The position numbers and the translations under genes are program-made. The notes below the pieces were generated by a model that saw nothing but the letters and a program-made list of their open reading frames with translations, was not told where the DNA came from and ran no database searches. From Rhynchopus sp. YZ270_cl-10 (taxonomy: Eukaryota), in NCBI GenBank assembly GCA_964035575.1, contig OZ037844.1, positions 1,612,001 through 1,676,000 of the forward strand: 64,000 nucleotides of DNA, given 5' to 3'. The number at the start of each line of letters is the position of its first letter. Within the stretch, counting starts at the first letter, position 1. Shown piece by piece: positions 10,721-22,772 of this stretch.

Positions 10721-11751
10721 ATTGCGTTGGCCTGATGGCACAACGCCCCCCATCACGCAGCTCGAGCTCATGCTGGACTTTGAGATCTTCTCGGGGTTGG
10801 ACGTACCGGGTGAGACGGTGTTGAAGAGGGCCGAATCTTTTGGTGCCATGATGCGGACGGCGAAAACTATGGCGCATGGAAGGGACGTGTGGAAAGGAGT
10901 GGAGAAGAGGGAGGTGCACCACTTACAGGAACTGGGTGCGGGGATCATGACGGGGTATTCTGTGCGACCTGTGCTGACGCATGCGGCGGGGGTTGAAGGA
11001 TACCTGAAGGAGTTGCAGGAGAAGGCGACGTCGCGGAGAGCACTCTCCCGACAAAAGGAAAAGACGAAGGCGAGGTGGGGTGACGACGCGGATGTGGCTC
11101 ATACTTCCACTCCGGAAGAACGCTCAGCAAAGAACGAACGCTGGAAGGAAGCGAAGGAAGAGCAGAAGCAGGCAGAGGAGGTGCGTAGTAGAGCTGCGAT
11201 AGCTGCAGTTGCGGCAGAGCAGATTCGACGACAGGAGGCACGCAGGCGGCAGACACCGGCTGTGCGTGTGGACGTAAGGAGGAAGGTGGGGGCCATGCGG
11301 GTGTGTGACATACACACCAAGATGCGATGCGGGGACTGCGAGCACAACAACATCTCCATCACGGCGTGTTGTGCGACGCACCATTGTGATGAGCTTATTT
11401 TGGGTGACTGTGTGGAGGCGCGTGAGGCGTGTGAGGTGCATAACTTCTCGATGTGCGGACAGTGTGCGGGTGCGGGGAACGTGTCGATGAAGCAGTGCTG
11501 TCAGAAGCACCACAACTGTGTGGCCCACGGGAGGGGTGCTTGCGGTGCATGTGTGCAGGCGGGACGGAAGAGGAAGAAGGACGGATTGCCGATGCTGGCG
11601 TCTCCTCAGGCCTGTTGCGGGAAAGGGCACCACGACACGTCCCAGGGGCGTCTCGGGTTTGCCCCGCGATAACGAAGGTGGTCACGTGGCGCCTTTCTCA
11701 CCTCTCAGTTCATCTGAGAAGGTGGGGATGGGTCACGTCAACAAGTTTAAG
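10721..11751 (+). mobile_element. 5'-truncated copy of the non-LTR retrotransposon
   Basis: 1031 bp matching 2096-3126 with only a few substitutions seen; 18-bp TSD CTCTTTAACCACCCTGGA (10703-10720, 11752-11769). Confidence 0.96.
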
Positions 11752-12134
11752 CTCTTTAACCACCCTGGATCTGACACCACTCAACAACGTGACGTCGATT
11801 AATGGTGGCTTTCTTTACTGCTGCAAATCTTTAACCACCCTGGATCTGACACCACTCAACAAGGTCACGCGGATTGATGGTTCTGGCTTTCTTGCCGACT
11901 GCAAATCTTTAACAACCCTGGATCTGACACCACTCAACAACGTGACATCGATTGGCAGTAACTTTCTTTACGGCTGCAGAGCTTTAACCACCCTGGATCT
12001 GACACCACTCAGCAACGTCACGAAGATTGAGGATCGCTTTCTTTACGCCTGCGAAGCTTTAACTACCCTGAATCTGACACCGCTCAACAACGTGACGTCG
12101 ATTGGTGATAGCTTTCTTTCCGGCTGCAGAGCTT

Positions 12135-13390
12135 TAACCACCCTGGATCTGACACCGCTCAACAGGGTTGAGAAGGTAGGTTCGGAATTTGCTGCTCGCT
12201 GCACTTCGTTGACGAGTATTTACCTTTCCGGCTGCAGCAGTGCTGTAGCCGACAGAGTAAGGAATAGTATTGCACTGCGCCAGCGTGTGGTTGAAGAACG
12301 TCCGAAACGCAGCAGAGACGAATCCCCCGAGCAAGCCCGCAAACGACAGAGACACGCACAATGATGACGTGGTGGTGGGAGGGGATAAAGGGAAGGTCGG
12401 GAAGAAGGTTACGAAGGGAGGTGGGGAAGGGCCGGTAGGTAATGCCTACTACGCGCCTCCACAAACTTTTCAAAAAAAAAAAGATACTAAAACATAGGCT
12501 TGGAATCCCGCTATGCTATGACAATCCCTGAGCCACATAGGCGTGCCACTGTGGCTAGTCACTGCCCACCTGGTAAATTGCCAGCGCCCTTGTACCAAAG
12601 CAAACAATGATAAGGGCTGTTCTGAACCTGGACAACAGACAGATTTCTGTTGTAAAAGTTGTATTGTTAACCCATCAGAGGGAACGTGCGTTGCGTTTAG
12701 ACGAAATCAGTGTCTTTTTTGGGGGGGTTGGGGGCCCGGGTTAGGGGTTTTACCAGCTGGGTTTTGGGGTGTTTCCTCGGCGATGGTGGTTGGGTCGGGG
12801 AGCCGGGGGGTAGGGAGTGGGACCATTGGGGCGAAAAAATGTTACGTTGTTCAGTCACCCAACCGTGCTCTGAAGATTCATTCATTAAAGAGGGAGAAAT
12901 ATTTGTGTAAGCAAAGACCAGAAGTGACACTTCCTAGCTTCCTCCCACGGGAATTCAGAAAAATACAAAATACAGGGATTTGGGGCTTTTGTTTAAGTAA
13001 GAGAAAACCGAATGGAGTGGGAACGTAGTGAGAGTGCAGCGGAAACGATAGTGGGAACGCAACGAGCTTTTTTCATAATGTTTTATTCTTCCCCCACAAA
13101 ATATCACGCACAGAGAGAAATACTCGTTTTTTCACACAGTGCATCCGTTGTTTGTTTTTTTTTCAACGACACCTTTTTTCAAAAAATTTCCCCGGTATCA
13201 CATATGGTACTGTCTTTCCATGGATACACATGAAAAGGAGCTCCGTGCTATTCACAGACCTCGATAATGGCGATTGAGCTTATCTAACAACAACCAAAAC
13301 AAAAGAAAGTACAAAGAAGAGAATCAAAAATGCAGGAAAAATAGACAAAGAGAAAAACAAAGAGATTTTTGACAATAAAATTCTCCTTTT
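12135..13390 (+). repeat. Segmental duplication of the LRR C-terminus and downstream DNA
   Basis: Matches about 4627-4989, 6408-7026 and 8124-8370 once the three MITEs are removed from the first copy. Confidence 0.9.
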
Positions 13391-13458
13391 TTTTTTACTT
13401 TAATTTCTCCTCCAACCCCTCTTCCCCAGCCTCTCTTCCCCAACCTCTCTTCCCCAGG
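13381..13458 (+). promoter_or_regulatory. Polypyrimidine tract plus AG, putative trans-splice acceptor
   Basis: Long C/T tract ending CTCTCTTCCCCAG about 15 nt before the ATG at 13473; similar pyrimidine-rich tracts precede other genes. Confidence 0.45.
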
Positions 13459-13472
13459 GAACATATTACAAA

Positions 13473-15137
13473 ATGAGAATTTTTGCTGGTGTTATTGCGT
13501 TGACACACACTCTTGCTGTGTGTGTCGCGGACGACAGTTTTACAGTGCTTCACGACGTCACACCGGCCGCAGGGTGGACGGACGTAGGTGTGTTCGACAC
13601 TACTGCCACAAGCGAGTCTACCGAAGGCTCGACCTTTGATGTTCTGGTGGGTCTGCGCAGGAAGAACGTCGCTGAGGTGAAGCGCATTGTGGACACCGCA
13701 TCTAACCCGACCTCCTCTGAGTACCTTGCGTACGCAGGGTACGCCGAGATGGCTGCGCTGGTGGCTCCAGGACAGCACGCCGTGCAGGCAACACTCGCAT
13801 GGCTGCACGCCGCAGGCATAACAGCAACCATAGTGCACCCCCACCAGGACTACATCCACTGCCACGCCGTGACCCCGTCGACGCTCCTCAAGGCAACAGG
13901 GGAGACGTCACCATTTCGTCGTTTCCGCCACACCGATGGACGCGAGGTCGTTCGCATGGCCTCTGTCTCCATCCCTACCAACCTAGTTGACATCATCGAG
14001 ACCTTTACCGGCTTTTCAGGATTTCCGGTTGCAGAGAAAACTACCAAAAAGAAGGTGTCTTTGGGACGCGGGAAGGTGAACCCCACTGTCTTGCGGCAGA
14101 CGTACAGCATTGCGGGGGGAGCTGCATCCGGTGCGATCCAAGCGATGGCGCAGTTTCAGGGGCAGAATGTTCATGACTCTGACCTGGCTAGGTTCTGTAC
14201 TGACTACAACAACGGAACCGACTGCAAAATCTCCAAATACATCGGCGACAACAACGAGACCGGCGTGGCAGGGTCTGAATCGATGCTCGACTCCGAATAC
14301 CTCATGTCAATTGGCGGCGCTGCAGAGACGTGGGTCTACAGTGTGCAGTCCATGGACTTCTGCGGCGACCTCATGACCTTTGCCTCGAACGTTACCTCTG
14401 AGTCCACCTTCCCTCACGTCATCTCCATCAGCTACGGTGTTCAGGTCAAAAACCCATGCGGTACAGACATCGGCAACCGCTTCACTGAAGACATCATGAA
14501 GATGGCGGCCATGGGGATCACCGTCGTGGTGGCCTCTGGAGACCAAGGATCTGGCTGGCAGATCGACGATGCACAGAACGGCGGCACTCTGGTCCCCTGC
14601 TTTCCCTCTACGATTGAATACTGTGTCTCTGTGGGGGCGACCTTCTGGATCTCCGGGACTACCGGGGAGGAGGAGGCGACACGCAGCTTTGGATCTGGTG
14701 GTGGGTTTAGCTACGACTACCCAGCTCCGGACTATCAGAAGGCGACCATCGATGGGTATCTTGCGAGCACCACGATCCCGCCCTGCAAATACAACACAAC
14801 AGGGCGTGGCACCCCCGATGTCGCGATGCTTGGCGAATCGTACACCATCATTGAGCAGAATGTGACGGCAGTGGTGGCCGGGACCTCTGCCAGTACTCCT
14901 GCATTTGCCGGTATCGTAACGCTTCTCAACTCTGTATGCGGGAAGCCCCTAGGTCATATCAACCCACTCCTCTATAAGAACCCGCAAATGTTCACTGACA
15001 TCACTGTCGGGTCTAACGCACCAGAGCTCCTGAAGAAGAATGGTTGGAAGGCTGAAAAAGGATGGGATGCAGTGACCGGGTTGGGCACCCCAGCGTTTAA
15101 TATCATGGCTGAGGTGGTGGCGGCAGCGTGTAAGTAG
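13473..15137 (+). CDS. Peptidase S53 (sedolisin / tripeptidyl-peptidase I-like), secreted or lysosomal
   Basis: Signal peptide, pro-domain, E-x3-D (ESMLD), VISISYG, ASGDQG, SGGGFS, GRGTPDV, catalytic GTSAS, C-terminal GWDAVTGLGTP. Confidence 0.95.
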   Translation: MRIFAGVIALTHTLAVCVADDSFTVLHDVTPAAGWTDVGVFDTTATSESTEGSTFDVLVGLRRKNVAEVKRIVDTASNPTSSEYLAYAGYAEMAALVAPGQHAVQATLAWLHAAGITATIVHPHQDYIHCHAVTPSTLLKATGETSPFRRFRHTDGREVVRMASVSIPTNLVDIIETFTGFSGFPVAEKTTKKKVSLGRGKVNPTVLRQTYSIAGGAASGAIQAMAQFQGQNVHDSDLARFCTDYNNGTDCKISKYIGDNNETGVAGSESMLDSEYLMSIGGAAETWVYSVQSMDFCGDLMTFASNVTSESTFPHVISISYGVQVKNPCGTDIGNRFTEDIMKMAAMGITVVVASGDQGSGWQIDDAQNGGTLVPCFPSTIEYCVSVGATFWISGTTGEEEATRSFGSGGGFSYDYPAPDYQKATIDGYLASTTIPPCKYNTTGRGTPDVAMLGESYTIIEQNVTAVVAGTSASTPAFAGIVTLLNSVCGKPLGHINPLLYKNPQMFTDITVGSNAPELLKKNGWKAEKGWDAVTGLGTPAFNIMAEVVAAACK

Positions 15138-16567
15138 AAGAGCGGGCTACAGCAGAGCTTGCATCCTGCTAATTACAACCAAAAATTTTTCAAAAAAAAA
15201 TAAAGAAAATGAGAGTGTGCAATGGATGTGAGTATCCATGAGAGAGTTTGACTCGGGGGAGGAGGGGAGAAGTGACGACTGTGGTGCACACAAAAAAGGG
15301 GGAAACAATATCCCTCTTTGGTTTGGTTTTTTTGCTCCGATTTGGGTCGATACAATGTAAACGGATCTGTCAAGACAATGAAAGAAAAAGTAGAAAAAAT
15401 GGGAGAGCGAGAGGGGTACGACATGTTTACAAAAATAGTAGTATGAAAGAAACATTGGAAGAGTGGAAGAAAGAAAACTCCAAAACTTTATACCCGAGTT
15501 TTGGGAGTTTCAAAAAACCCAAGGAAAGTTTTTACCCCTCCAATGTTTCTTGGACTGCTGCAGTTTCCATGGTCCCCTTTTTTCTCTCTCCCCCCCGTGT
15601 GTTCGTGTTCCCTGCACGGTGAACAATGTGATAAAGATGAGTGCATTGTTTTGTTTTGTTTTGTGTTGCGATGCCTCTTTGTGTTCTGGTCACGCACCCC
15701 AAGGTACCATCTTTTGCGCGTATCAAATTAAACCTTTGTCTCTCCTTCTCCGAGCAAATGGTGAAGCTTTCATTGCCAATTTTTTTTTCACTTCGATTTA
15801 GTTTTATTATTTTTTTGTTTCTTTGTTGTAGATACGTGTGTGTGTGTGCCACTGCGAGGCACACGTTCACTCTTTCGAGTTTTTCTTTTTTTTTTTGGGT
15901 GCGTCTTTTTCTTTGGGGTGAGGTTCCGTCACTCAGTTCAGCACCTGGCGTGAGGTAGATATTGGTTATCATGTTTTCCCTTTACGCTTCATCGTTGTCG
16001 TGGCACACATGACAGTTTTTTTCTGTTATAATGAGCAGCATTTTGTCGTTGCACAGATACCCAGACACAACAGCAGGGGTGTTACGCCAGCCTATACCAC
16101 ACGATCTATGGCTTACCTAGTTGGGCGCACCCCCCCCAATTCCCTTTTCCCTTTTCATCGTTTCTCCCCCCCTACGGCCTCTTAAGCCCAACGATTCAAA
16201 GTCGGACCCTCAACTTTTCGCTTATTGTCCACCTCCCCTTCATCACATCACAAAACCGACAAATTGATGCACCTGCCCTTCAAGGACAGGCCAGGAGACG
16301 AACCTCCTCTTCTTCGTTTCCCCCCCACGCTCAACAGAAGCTTCCTTCCAATTCACTGCCCCATACACACATAACGTGCTACAATACCGACGCCCTCCCC
16401 AATTTTCATAGTTAAGACCCAACCCGAACACCGATTTTTTATCTCAGATCTACACACACCTCTTTCCACCTTAGGTGGGCCACCCCCCTTTCCCCGTCAC
16501 TGAGAAGGGCTCGAGAGGACGAGAAGGCACCGGGGCATATTCATAAAGACATCTTAAAACCACCCAA

Positions 16568-17683
16568 ATGGAGGTCACCGCACACCACAACCCTTCCGGC
16601 ACGCAGTGTGTAGTCTCTGTGGACAGCGAGGAGACCGTCGCTTCTTTGAAGGCAAAGATATGTCGTGAGCTGCGACGGCCTCTTGAGCGGGAGGTGCTGC
16701 GCATTGCCGGCACAGAGCAGACCCTACGCGACAGCGACACCATTGCAGGCACAGGCCTGGAGTCTCTCGGCCACATCGACCTGGTCCGCCTTGGCCCTGA
16801 TGTGCACGCCCCTTTCACCTTCCCTGGCACCTGCCATGCCATGGCTCTGTCTGCCTGCGGCCGTTTCCTCGCACTCTGCACCGACACCACCACACTCACC
16901 GTTTGGTGCACCCAAGCAGGAGAACGCCTCTGGGATGCAGACAACACTTACGACCCAGCATTCACTCAGGGGCTTGCCTTTTCGAAGTGCCGGGTGTGGC
17001 TCGCATCTACGCACTTCGATGTGGTAAACGTCTGGAACGTTGAATCCGGCGGCCTGCAGTGTCTATTGAGCGGGAGGGTTGGGCTGAACGGTGGGGTGTT
17101 TGCAGTCTGTTTTACACCGGGGGGTTATGTAGTGACCGGCAGTGGCGATGCGACGGTGGAGGTCTGGGACGTCATGACTGGGGAAAGCGTGCAGAAGATG
17201 CTAGGGCATAAGGAATGGGTCACCTCTGTCGCAGCCAGCGGTGCGCAGGTTGTCTCTGGGGCAAGCGACCGCACGGTGCGGCTGTGGAGTCTCCGAGGGG
17301 AGGAGGCCCAAATCCTCGTTGGGCATGAGTCTGCCGTGCTCAGTGTTGCGATAACTACCTGTGGGAAGACAGCGGTGTCGTGCTCACGCAGCTCCCTTCG
17401 GCTTTGGGATATGCGCACAGGAGCACCCTCACGTGTCATTCCAGGTGACGATATGTCCTACATAGTGCTCTCAGATCTCTATATAGCAGTGCGGTTTCGT
17501 AGCAGCGTGCCGGCCTTCTGGGCGATAGCAGGTGGGCGTGAGCGTCCTGCAGTGGTGGACGATGCGGGTGTGCTGCAGGAGGACGTAGAAGCAATCGCCA
17601 TAGGGCCCTGCGGGGACGTGCTGTATCAGTGCTGTGGCGGGGTCGTGACGGTGCGCATTATTGAGGTGGAGGAGGAGGGTTGA
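16568..17683 (+). CDS. Ubiquitin-like domain + WD40 repeat protein
   Basis: N-terminal VSVDSEETVASLKAKIC...LRDSDTIAGTGL (UBL); WD repeats TGSGDATVEVWD, GHKEWVTSV, SGASDRTVRLWS, GHESAVLSV, LRLWD. Confidence 0.88.
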   Translation: MEVTAHHNPSGTQCVVSVDSEETVASLKAKICRELRRPLEREVLRIAGTEQTLRDSDTIAGTGLESLGHIDLVRLGPDVHAPFTFPGTCHAMALSACGRFLALCTDTTTLTVWCTQAGERLWDADNTYDPAFTQGLAFSKCRVWLASTHFDVVNVWNVESGGLQCLLSGRVGLNGGVFAVCFTPGGYVVTGSGDATVEVWDVMTGESVQKMLGHKEWVTSVAASGAQVVSGASDRTVRLWSLRGEEAQILVGHESAVLSVAITTCGKTAVSCSRSSLRLWDMRTGAPSRVIPGDDMSYIVLSDLYIAVRFRSSVPAFWAIAGGRERPAVVDDAGVLQEDVEAIAIGPCGDVLYQCCGGVVTVRIIEVEEEG

Positions 17684-18944
17684 GGGTTGAGGGTGGGGTT
17701 TAAAAGAAAACGTAAAAGAAGGGGGAAAGGGTAGATTTCTCGCACCTTAGAAATTACCTAACCCTCTAACGAACACATGATTTCAATACAAAACAAAAAA
17801 ACAAATATTTTTGCAGATCTGCTTGATGGCCGATTTTTTTCTTTACTTTTTTCGAATCGTACTATAACCTCGAAAGCGTAGGATGCACCTTTACGCGCAT
17901 CCCACACTTTCGTATTCCGTGTTTTTTATTTTTTCTCTCCAGATTTTTCCCCCCCCCCACCGCACCCTTGCCTTCATACGGTGGCAACGTTCGCTCCTTT
18001 TGTACCCCCTCCTGTGGTGCCAACCCTCTCTCCCCTCTGGGCACCTCTCCTTCTCTACAACGTTTCCCCGTGCACACCTGTTCAGTGTGCAATTATCCCC
18101 CTTACACAAAGTGCGATGAATCTCGGAAGAACGAAAAAGACCAGTCGATATCGAGGTTGCACATTCCAAATTCTAAATGGGGGTTGGTTTAATGGGTGAT
18201 TGGGAATGCTGTGAAGAAGAAGAATGTTGCTTTCTTCTGCAGAACCTGACAAATCCTTCAGAGTATGCCTTCCTGCACTCTATGGTGCTGCCCACACTCT
18301 AACCTGTTCACATTTTGTGTATTTACGTGAGGCATGTTCATCTCTCAAGTTTTCTTCTTTTGTTCAAGTTCCCGTGTCTTAGTGGGGAGGGATGCAATAT
18401 CAAGCAAATGGGTGACAACATCATCCCGAACAACTGTCTATGTGACGAAGAGACTACTACCCATCTTCAGCGCCTCCCAGCGTGTCTCTAGTGCGATAAC
18501 GATGTCGGTAAAGGATGTGTGTCGAAGAGGTGCACCCATATGAACAAGTTCTCTTCTTATGTTCAAGTGACTCAGCACGAGAGGCTTCGGCTCATTTTAT
18601 AAACTTTTCTTTGTTTTTATTCGGGGTGTTACACCCACCCTTCACCGTTTTTGGGGGTTTTTTGGTCTCTTGGAATGATGCGATCAACAAACAACAGACG
18701 AACAAAAAAAAATATGAAAGACAACAAAAAAAAAACGCTGCAGGAACAGGGCCCAGCTGATCTTGTATTTTAACTCCTCCACCACCACCACCACCCCCTC
18801 TTTCCCCCTATCAACCCTTTCTCCCCCCTACCACAGGATTTCACCTCCTACCCACACACCCTACGTTGCACCCTCCACCCCTCCAGTTGTGAGTTGCGTG
18901 CTCCGCTCAAACGAACCCATCAACGCACCTGCGAAGCCCAGAGC

Positions 18945-21900
18945 ATGAGCATGAGCACAGTCTCCATGCGTTTCTCTGCACTGTTGTACGGGTTGAGTGC
19001 ACTGTTCATAGGTGACGTGGACGCACAGGACCCACGAATCTACTTCGACCGCTACACACCGCCCACCGGAGGCCCGCTGTCGGGAGTGATAGCTCGGTCA
19101 GACCACTATACCTTTCTGGGTTCGAAGGATGTGCTGACACAGATCCAACAGGACTACACCACCCGCAAGGTGAACTACGTCGCCAGCGGCTCCTTCCCGG
19201 GGGTGGACCACTGGGTGCTGAACGAGGCTGCTGGGGGATCAGACAGGGTCATCGCGTTGATGACGACTGCGTCTGGTGTGCAGTGGGGAAGCATCGGTGC
19301 GCAGTCCCCGGTCGCGGATTTTAGCGGGTCGATTTACACAATCGCTGGGACGGCAAACCTGATGTGTCATACAACAGTGCAAGACGCCGACTCGCCAGAC
19401 ATCTTGTACTTCTGCTGCCAGAAGGCGGTGCTCTATATTGCGAATCTCGCAGACGGCACAGTGTCGGAGCACGCACTCCCATCAAAGTGTGTCGACATCT
19501 CCGAGAACAACAGTGCCGACCAGCTGTACGTTGCGACGAAGAAGGACGGTATCCTGCTCTTCGATCTGCAGCCCGGGTCGATGTCTGTGTCGGAGGTGGT
19601 CGGGCAGCGCATAGCGCTAGACGGCGTGACGCACATGATGTACAGCAACTCGCAGTCGTTGATTATCACGTACGCAGAAGCCACCTCGGGGACAGGCATG
19701 TCCGTGCAGACGTTCAGAGAGTCGAACCACGCAGCCCTGCACGAGAAGGCAGAGTCAACCACCAACCGTGTTGTGGCGCTCAACAGGTTCGGGCGTGCGT
19801 ACCTGTACGAGCAGGACACATACGATGTGTACGTCTGGTTTGGCACGACGTCCTCGTTGACAAACCAAGGCTCGCTTGCCGGTGGTGTGTGGACGCTTGG
19901 TGAGCAAGGCCCCATGGAGGAGATCTGGCTCGACAACTCGATTCTCTTCTTCGTGTCTGCCACCACGCTCACGCTCTACAATGAGGCCACGTTCACGCCG
20001 ACACCGTTGCCGGTGACACCTGCACCACCAACTCCATCGCCACCAACACCAGCTCCGCCAACTCCTTCCCCACCGACACCTTCACCGCCCACCCCGTCAC
20101 CACCAACGCCAGCGCCACCAACTCCATCACCGCCAACACCGTCGCCACCCACTCCGTCGCCACCAACACCAGCACCACCAACTCCTTCCCCACCGACACC
20201 TTCACCGCCCACTCCTTCTCCACCGACGCCATCACCACCTACACCAGCACCGCCAACTCCTTCACCACCCACTCCATCGCCACCAACTCCTTCACCGCCC
20301 ACCCCGTCGCCACCGACACCGGCTCCACCAACTCCTTCTCCACCTACTCCGTCACCACCGACACCTTCACCGCCAACACCAGCGCCACCCACTCCGTCGC
20401 CACCAACACCCGCACCACCGACACCAGCACCACCCACTCCTTCACCACCCACTCCGTCGCCACCGACACCTTCTCCACCGACACCAGCACCACCTACGCC
20501 GGCACCACTAACACCTTCACCGCCCACCCCGTCGCCACCGACACCGGCGCCACTAACTCCTTCACCACCTACGCCAGTACCACCCACTCCATCACCGCCA
20601 ACACCATCTCCACCGACACCATCACCACCTACACCAGCACCGCCAACACCGTCACCACCAACACCTTCCCCTCCCACTCCATCACCACCAACTCCTGCGC
20701 CATTGACATCGGCACCCGCTACACCATCTCCGCCAACATCTTCCCCACCTACGCCAGCGCCACCAACTGTGGCGCCAATGACACCTGCACCACTCACACT
20801 GTCACCGGTAACACTTTCGCCACCGACACTGTCGCCGCAAACAACTTCACCACCAACGCCTTCCCCACCCACTCCGTCGCCGCCAACACCATCACCACCT
20901 ACACCATCACCGCCAACTCCGGCACCTGCAACACCTTCCCCACCCACTTCATCACCACCTACACCATCGCCGCTAACACCTTCTCCACCTACTCCTTCAC
21001 CACCCACACCTGCACCACTAACACCGTCCCCACCCACTCCGTCTCCTCCAACACCTTCGCCGCGGACTCCTGCACCACAGACACCATCACCAGTCACACC
21101 TGCACCTGCGACACCATCACCGCCAACACCAGCACCACAGACACCTTCGCCGCCCACTTCATCACCGCTGACGCCTTCACCACTTACCCCGTCACCTCTA
21201 ACACCTGAGCCCACTGCACTCCCCCGCACTCCCCCGCCCACGACACAGGACGCCACAGGACAGCCTCGCACAGCCACACCTACTTTGCCACCCACCGAAG
21301 CACCACTCACGAACCTCACGGACATCGCACCGGCACCGACAACAGCCGTCACCACGACCACCACGGTTGCCGAGGGCGCAGCTGTGGCAGGCCTGGCGAC
21401 TGCGGTGATGGGTGGCGCGACGGCACCTTACGCTGTGATGCTGTCGGTGACAGGCGCTGACTGTGTTTTGGGCGAGAGCCTTGAGATGCGCGGGTACTCG
21501 ATCTTTCTGCATCCTACACAGTGGCGTCTGTTCGGGTCTGCTGCTGTCGGCGTGGTGCTGGGGAACTTCATGGTCGTCTGCGCAGTCGCAGTGACGATGT
21601 CGCTTGTGGTCCGTGCACTGTCCGTCACGAAAGCCTTTGCACACATGGACACCCTTGGGCTCTGCAGGTTCCCTTCTGCGCCGCTCTTCGTCTTCCAGTT
21701 CCTTCTCCTGGGCACAGCCATGGCGTCGATGTCGCTGCTCTTCTACCCGCCTTCCGCTTCTGCTGCGGTGCTTGGCGCAGTCTCGCTTGCCGTCTGCATT
21801 CTTGTCCCCATTGCTCTCGTCTTTGAAGTGCGTTGCTCTGTACCAAGCAAAGGCTTCTACAAGAAGGATGCTGCCACCGAAGACAGGCAGTACCTGACAG

Positions 21901-22772
21901 CGATGATCGGCCCCGGGGAGTGGGTCAGCCAGAACACCAGGACCCGCTGGTCGCTTCGGTACGCTTCGGTGGTGCGTCCGTACCGACAGGAGTGGGCGTG
22001 CTATGTGTTTGTGGAGATGGCGGCAACGCTCACCATCGCTGCAGTGAGCGGTGCCACAGCGGAGAGCATGGTGGGGTGTGGACATAAGAAGCTGTGCGAT
22101 GGGCTGATCTTTCTTGTTCTCCTCACAGCCACCTGCCTCACACAGCCCTACGCACGGACACGCGACCTGGTTGCCTTCGTCAGTCTCTTCGCTACACAGG
22201 CCATTGCGATGCTCCTTATGGCCTCAGGGTACTACTTCTCCAAGCCACACCACGCTGTTTTCTCCATCGCGGAAACCATTTTGTACGTCTCGAACGCAAT
22301 CCTTCTGGCAAAGGTGATTGCAGACATATGCTCGGAGGGGTATGTGTTCTGTACAAAACGGCGTCATCGGTTGATGATGGAGACGGAGGCGGAACACGCA
22401 GACACAAAGGAACTGCTTACGTCCTGCTCGAGTGATGACGCTGATACAACACAAAGAGAGAAACGAACCTTGGACACCTCGGTGTACGGACCCCCGTCTG
22501 TGGTGCTCACCCCCTTATCGTTGAGCGGGAGCAGAGGTGGAGGTGGAGGTGGTGGTGGCTCTGTCCGGCATGACAGCAACGTCGACACAACCCAGTTTCT
22601 CTCCTCAAGACGTGGCAGGCGTGGTGGTGTTGTGCCTATAGGGGGTCGTGAGAAGTCTTTCTCTGATGCAAGCTCCTCAATGCGTTCGGTGCAAGGTGGT
22701 GGCGGTGGTGGTGGTGGTGGTAGTGGAGCCCCAGGGCAGCTGCCCCCATCTACCTTAAGGGTAGTGTGTTGA
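18945..22772 (+). CDS. Stalked multi-pass surface protein A (signal peptide, head domain, PTPSP stalk, 7-TM; bodonin/DGF-1-like)
   Basis: First ATG 18945 (alternatives 18951, 18966); shared motifs [41 protein letters not shown]; seven hydrophobic segments after HPTQW. Family name is from recall. Confidence 0.85.
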   Translation: MSMSTVSMRFSALLYGLSALFIGDVDAQDPRIYFDRYTPPTGGPLSGVIARSDHYTFLGSKDVLTQIQQDYTTRKVNYVASGSFPGVDHWVLNEAAGGSDRVIALMTTASGVQWGSIGAQSPVADFSGSIYTIAGTANLMCHTTVQDADSPDILYFCCQKAVLYIANLADGTVSEHALPSKCVDISENNSADQLYVATKKDGILLFDLQPGSMSVSEVVGQRIALDGVTHMMYSNSQSLIITYAEATSGTGMSVQTFRESNHAALHEKAESTTNRVVALNRFGRAYLYEQDTYDVYVWFGTTSSLTNQGSLAGGVWTLGEQGPMEEIWLDNSILFFVSATTLTLYNEATFTPTPLPVTPAPPTPSPPTPAPPTPSPPTPSPPTPSPPTPAPPTPSPPTPSPPTPSPPTPAPPTPSPPTPSPPTPSPPTPSPPTPAPPTPSPPTPSPPTPSPPTPSPPTPAPPTPSPPTPSPPTPSPPTPAPPTPSPPTPAPPTPAPPTPSPPTPSPPTPSPPTPAPPTPAPLTPSPPTPSPPTPAPLTPSPPTPVPPTPSPPTPSPPTPSPPTPAPPTPSPPTPSPPTPSPPTPAPLTSAPATPSPPTSSPPTPAPPTVAPMTPAPLTLSPVTLSPPTLSPQTTSPPTPSPPTPSPPTPSPPTPSPPTPAPATPSPPTSSPPTPSPLTPSPPTPSPPTPAPLTPSPPTPSPPTPSPRTPAPQTPSPVTPAPATPSPPTPAPQTPSPPTSSPLTPSPLTPSPLTPEPTALPRTPPPTTQDATGQPRTATPTLPPTEAPLTNLTDIAPAPTTAVTTTTTVAEGAAVAGLATAVMGGATAPYAVMLSVTGADCVLGESLEMRGYSIFLHPTQWRLFGSAAVGVVLGNFMVVCAVAVTMSLVVRALSVTKAFAHMDTLGLCRFPSAPLFVFQFLLLGTAMASMSLLFYPPSASAAVLGAVSLAVCILVPIALVFEVRCSVPSKGFYKKDAATEDRQYLTAMIGPGEWVSQNTRTRWSLRYASVVRPYRQEWACYVFVEMAATLTIAAVSGATAESMVGCGHKKLCDGLIFLVLLTATCLTQPYARTRDLVAFVSLFATQAIAMLLMASGYYFSKPHHAVFSIAETILYVSNAILLAKVIADICSEGYVFCTKRRHRLMMETEAEHADTKELLTSCSSDDADTTQREKRTLDTSVYGPPSVVLTPLSLSGSRGGGGGGGGSVRHDSNVDTTQFLSSRRGRRGGVVPIGGREKSFSDASSSMRSVQGGGGGGGGGSGAPGQLPPSTLRVVC
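20016..21230 (+). repeat. Coding 15-bp repeat, (PTP[S/A]P)n stalk
   Basis: Degenerate pentapeptide repeat in the translation. Confidence 0.9.

Larger units (their letters stand above)
9192..12364 (+). pseudogene. UBL-domain + LRR gene 2, disrupted by a 2-nt frameshift, a 603-bp insertion and a truncated retrotransposon
   Basis: ATG at 9192 (MDVHFEDFKATQHTVEVGEDDTAEDLRRKVA, ubiquitin-like); frameshift at GGCGCG about 9283-9287; continues GLPADSFCMSF...LTAERLKK, resumes VTNPEVACL after 10097; about 13 LRR units; same C-terminus as gene 1. Confidence 0.85.

Noticed and set aside
19976..21364. Gly/Val-rich minus-strand ORFs (also 34580-35584 and 48780-50147)
   Set aside because: Antisense shadows of the Pro/Thr stalk repeats.
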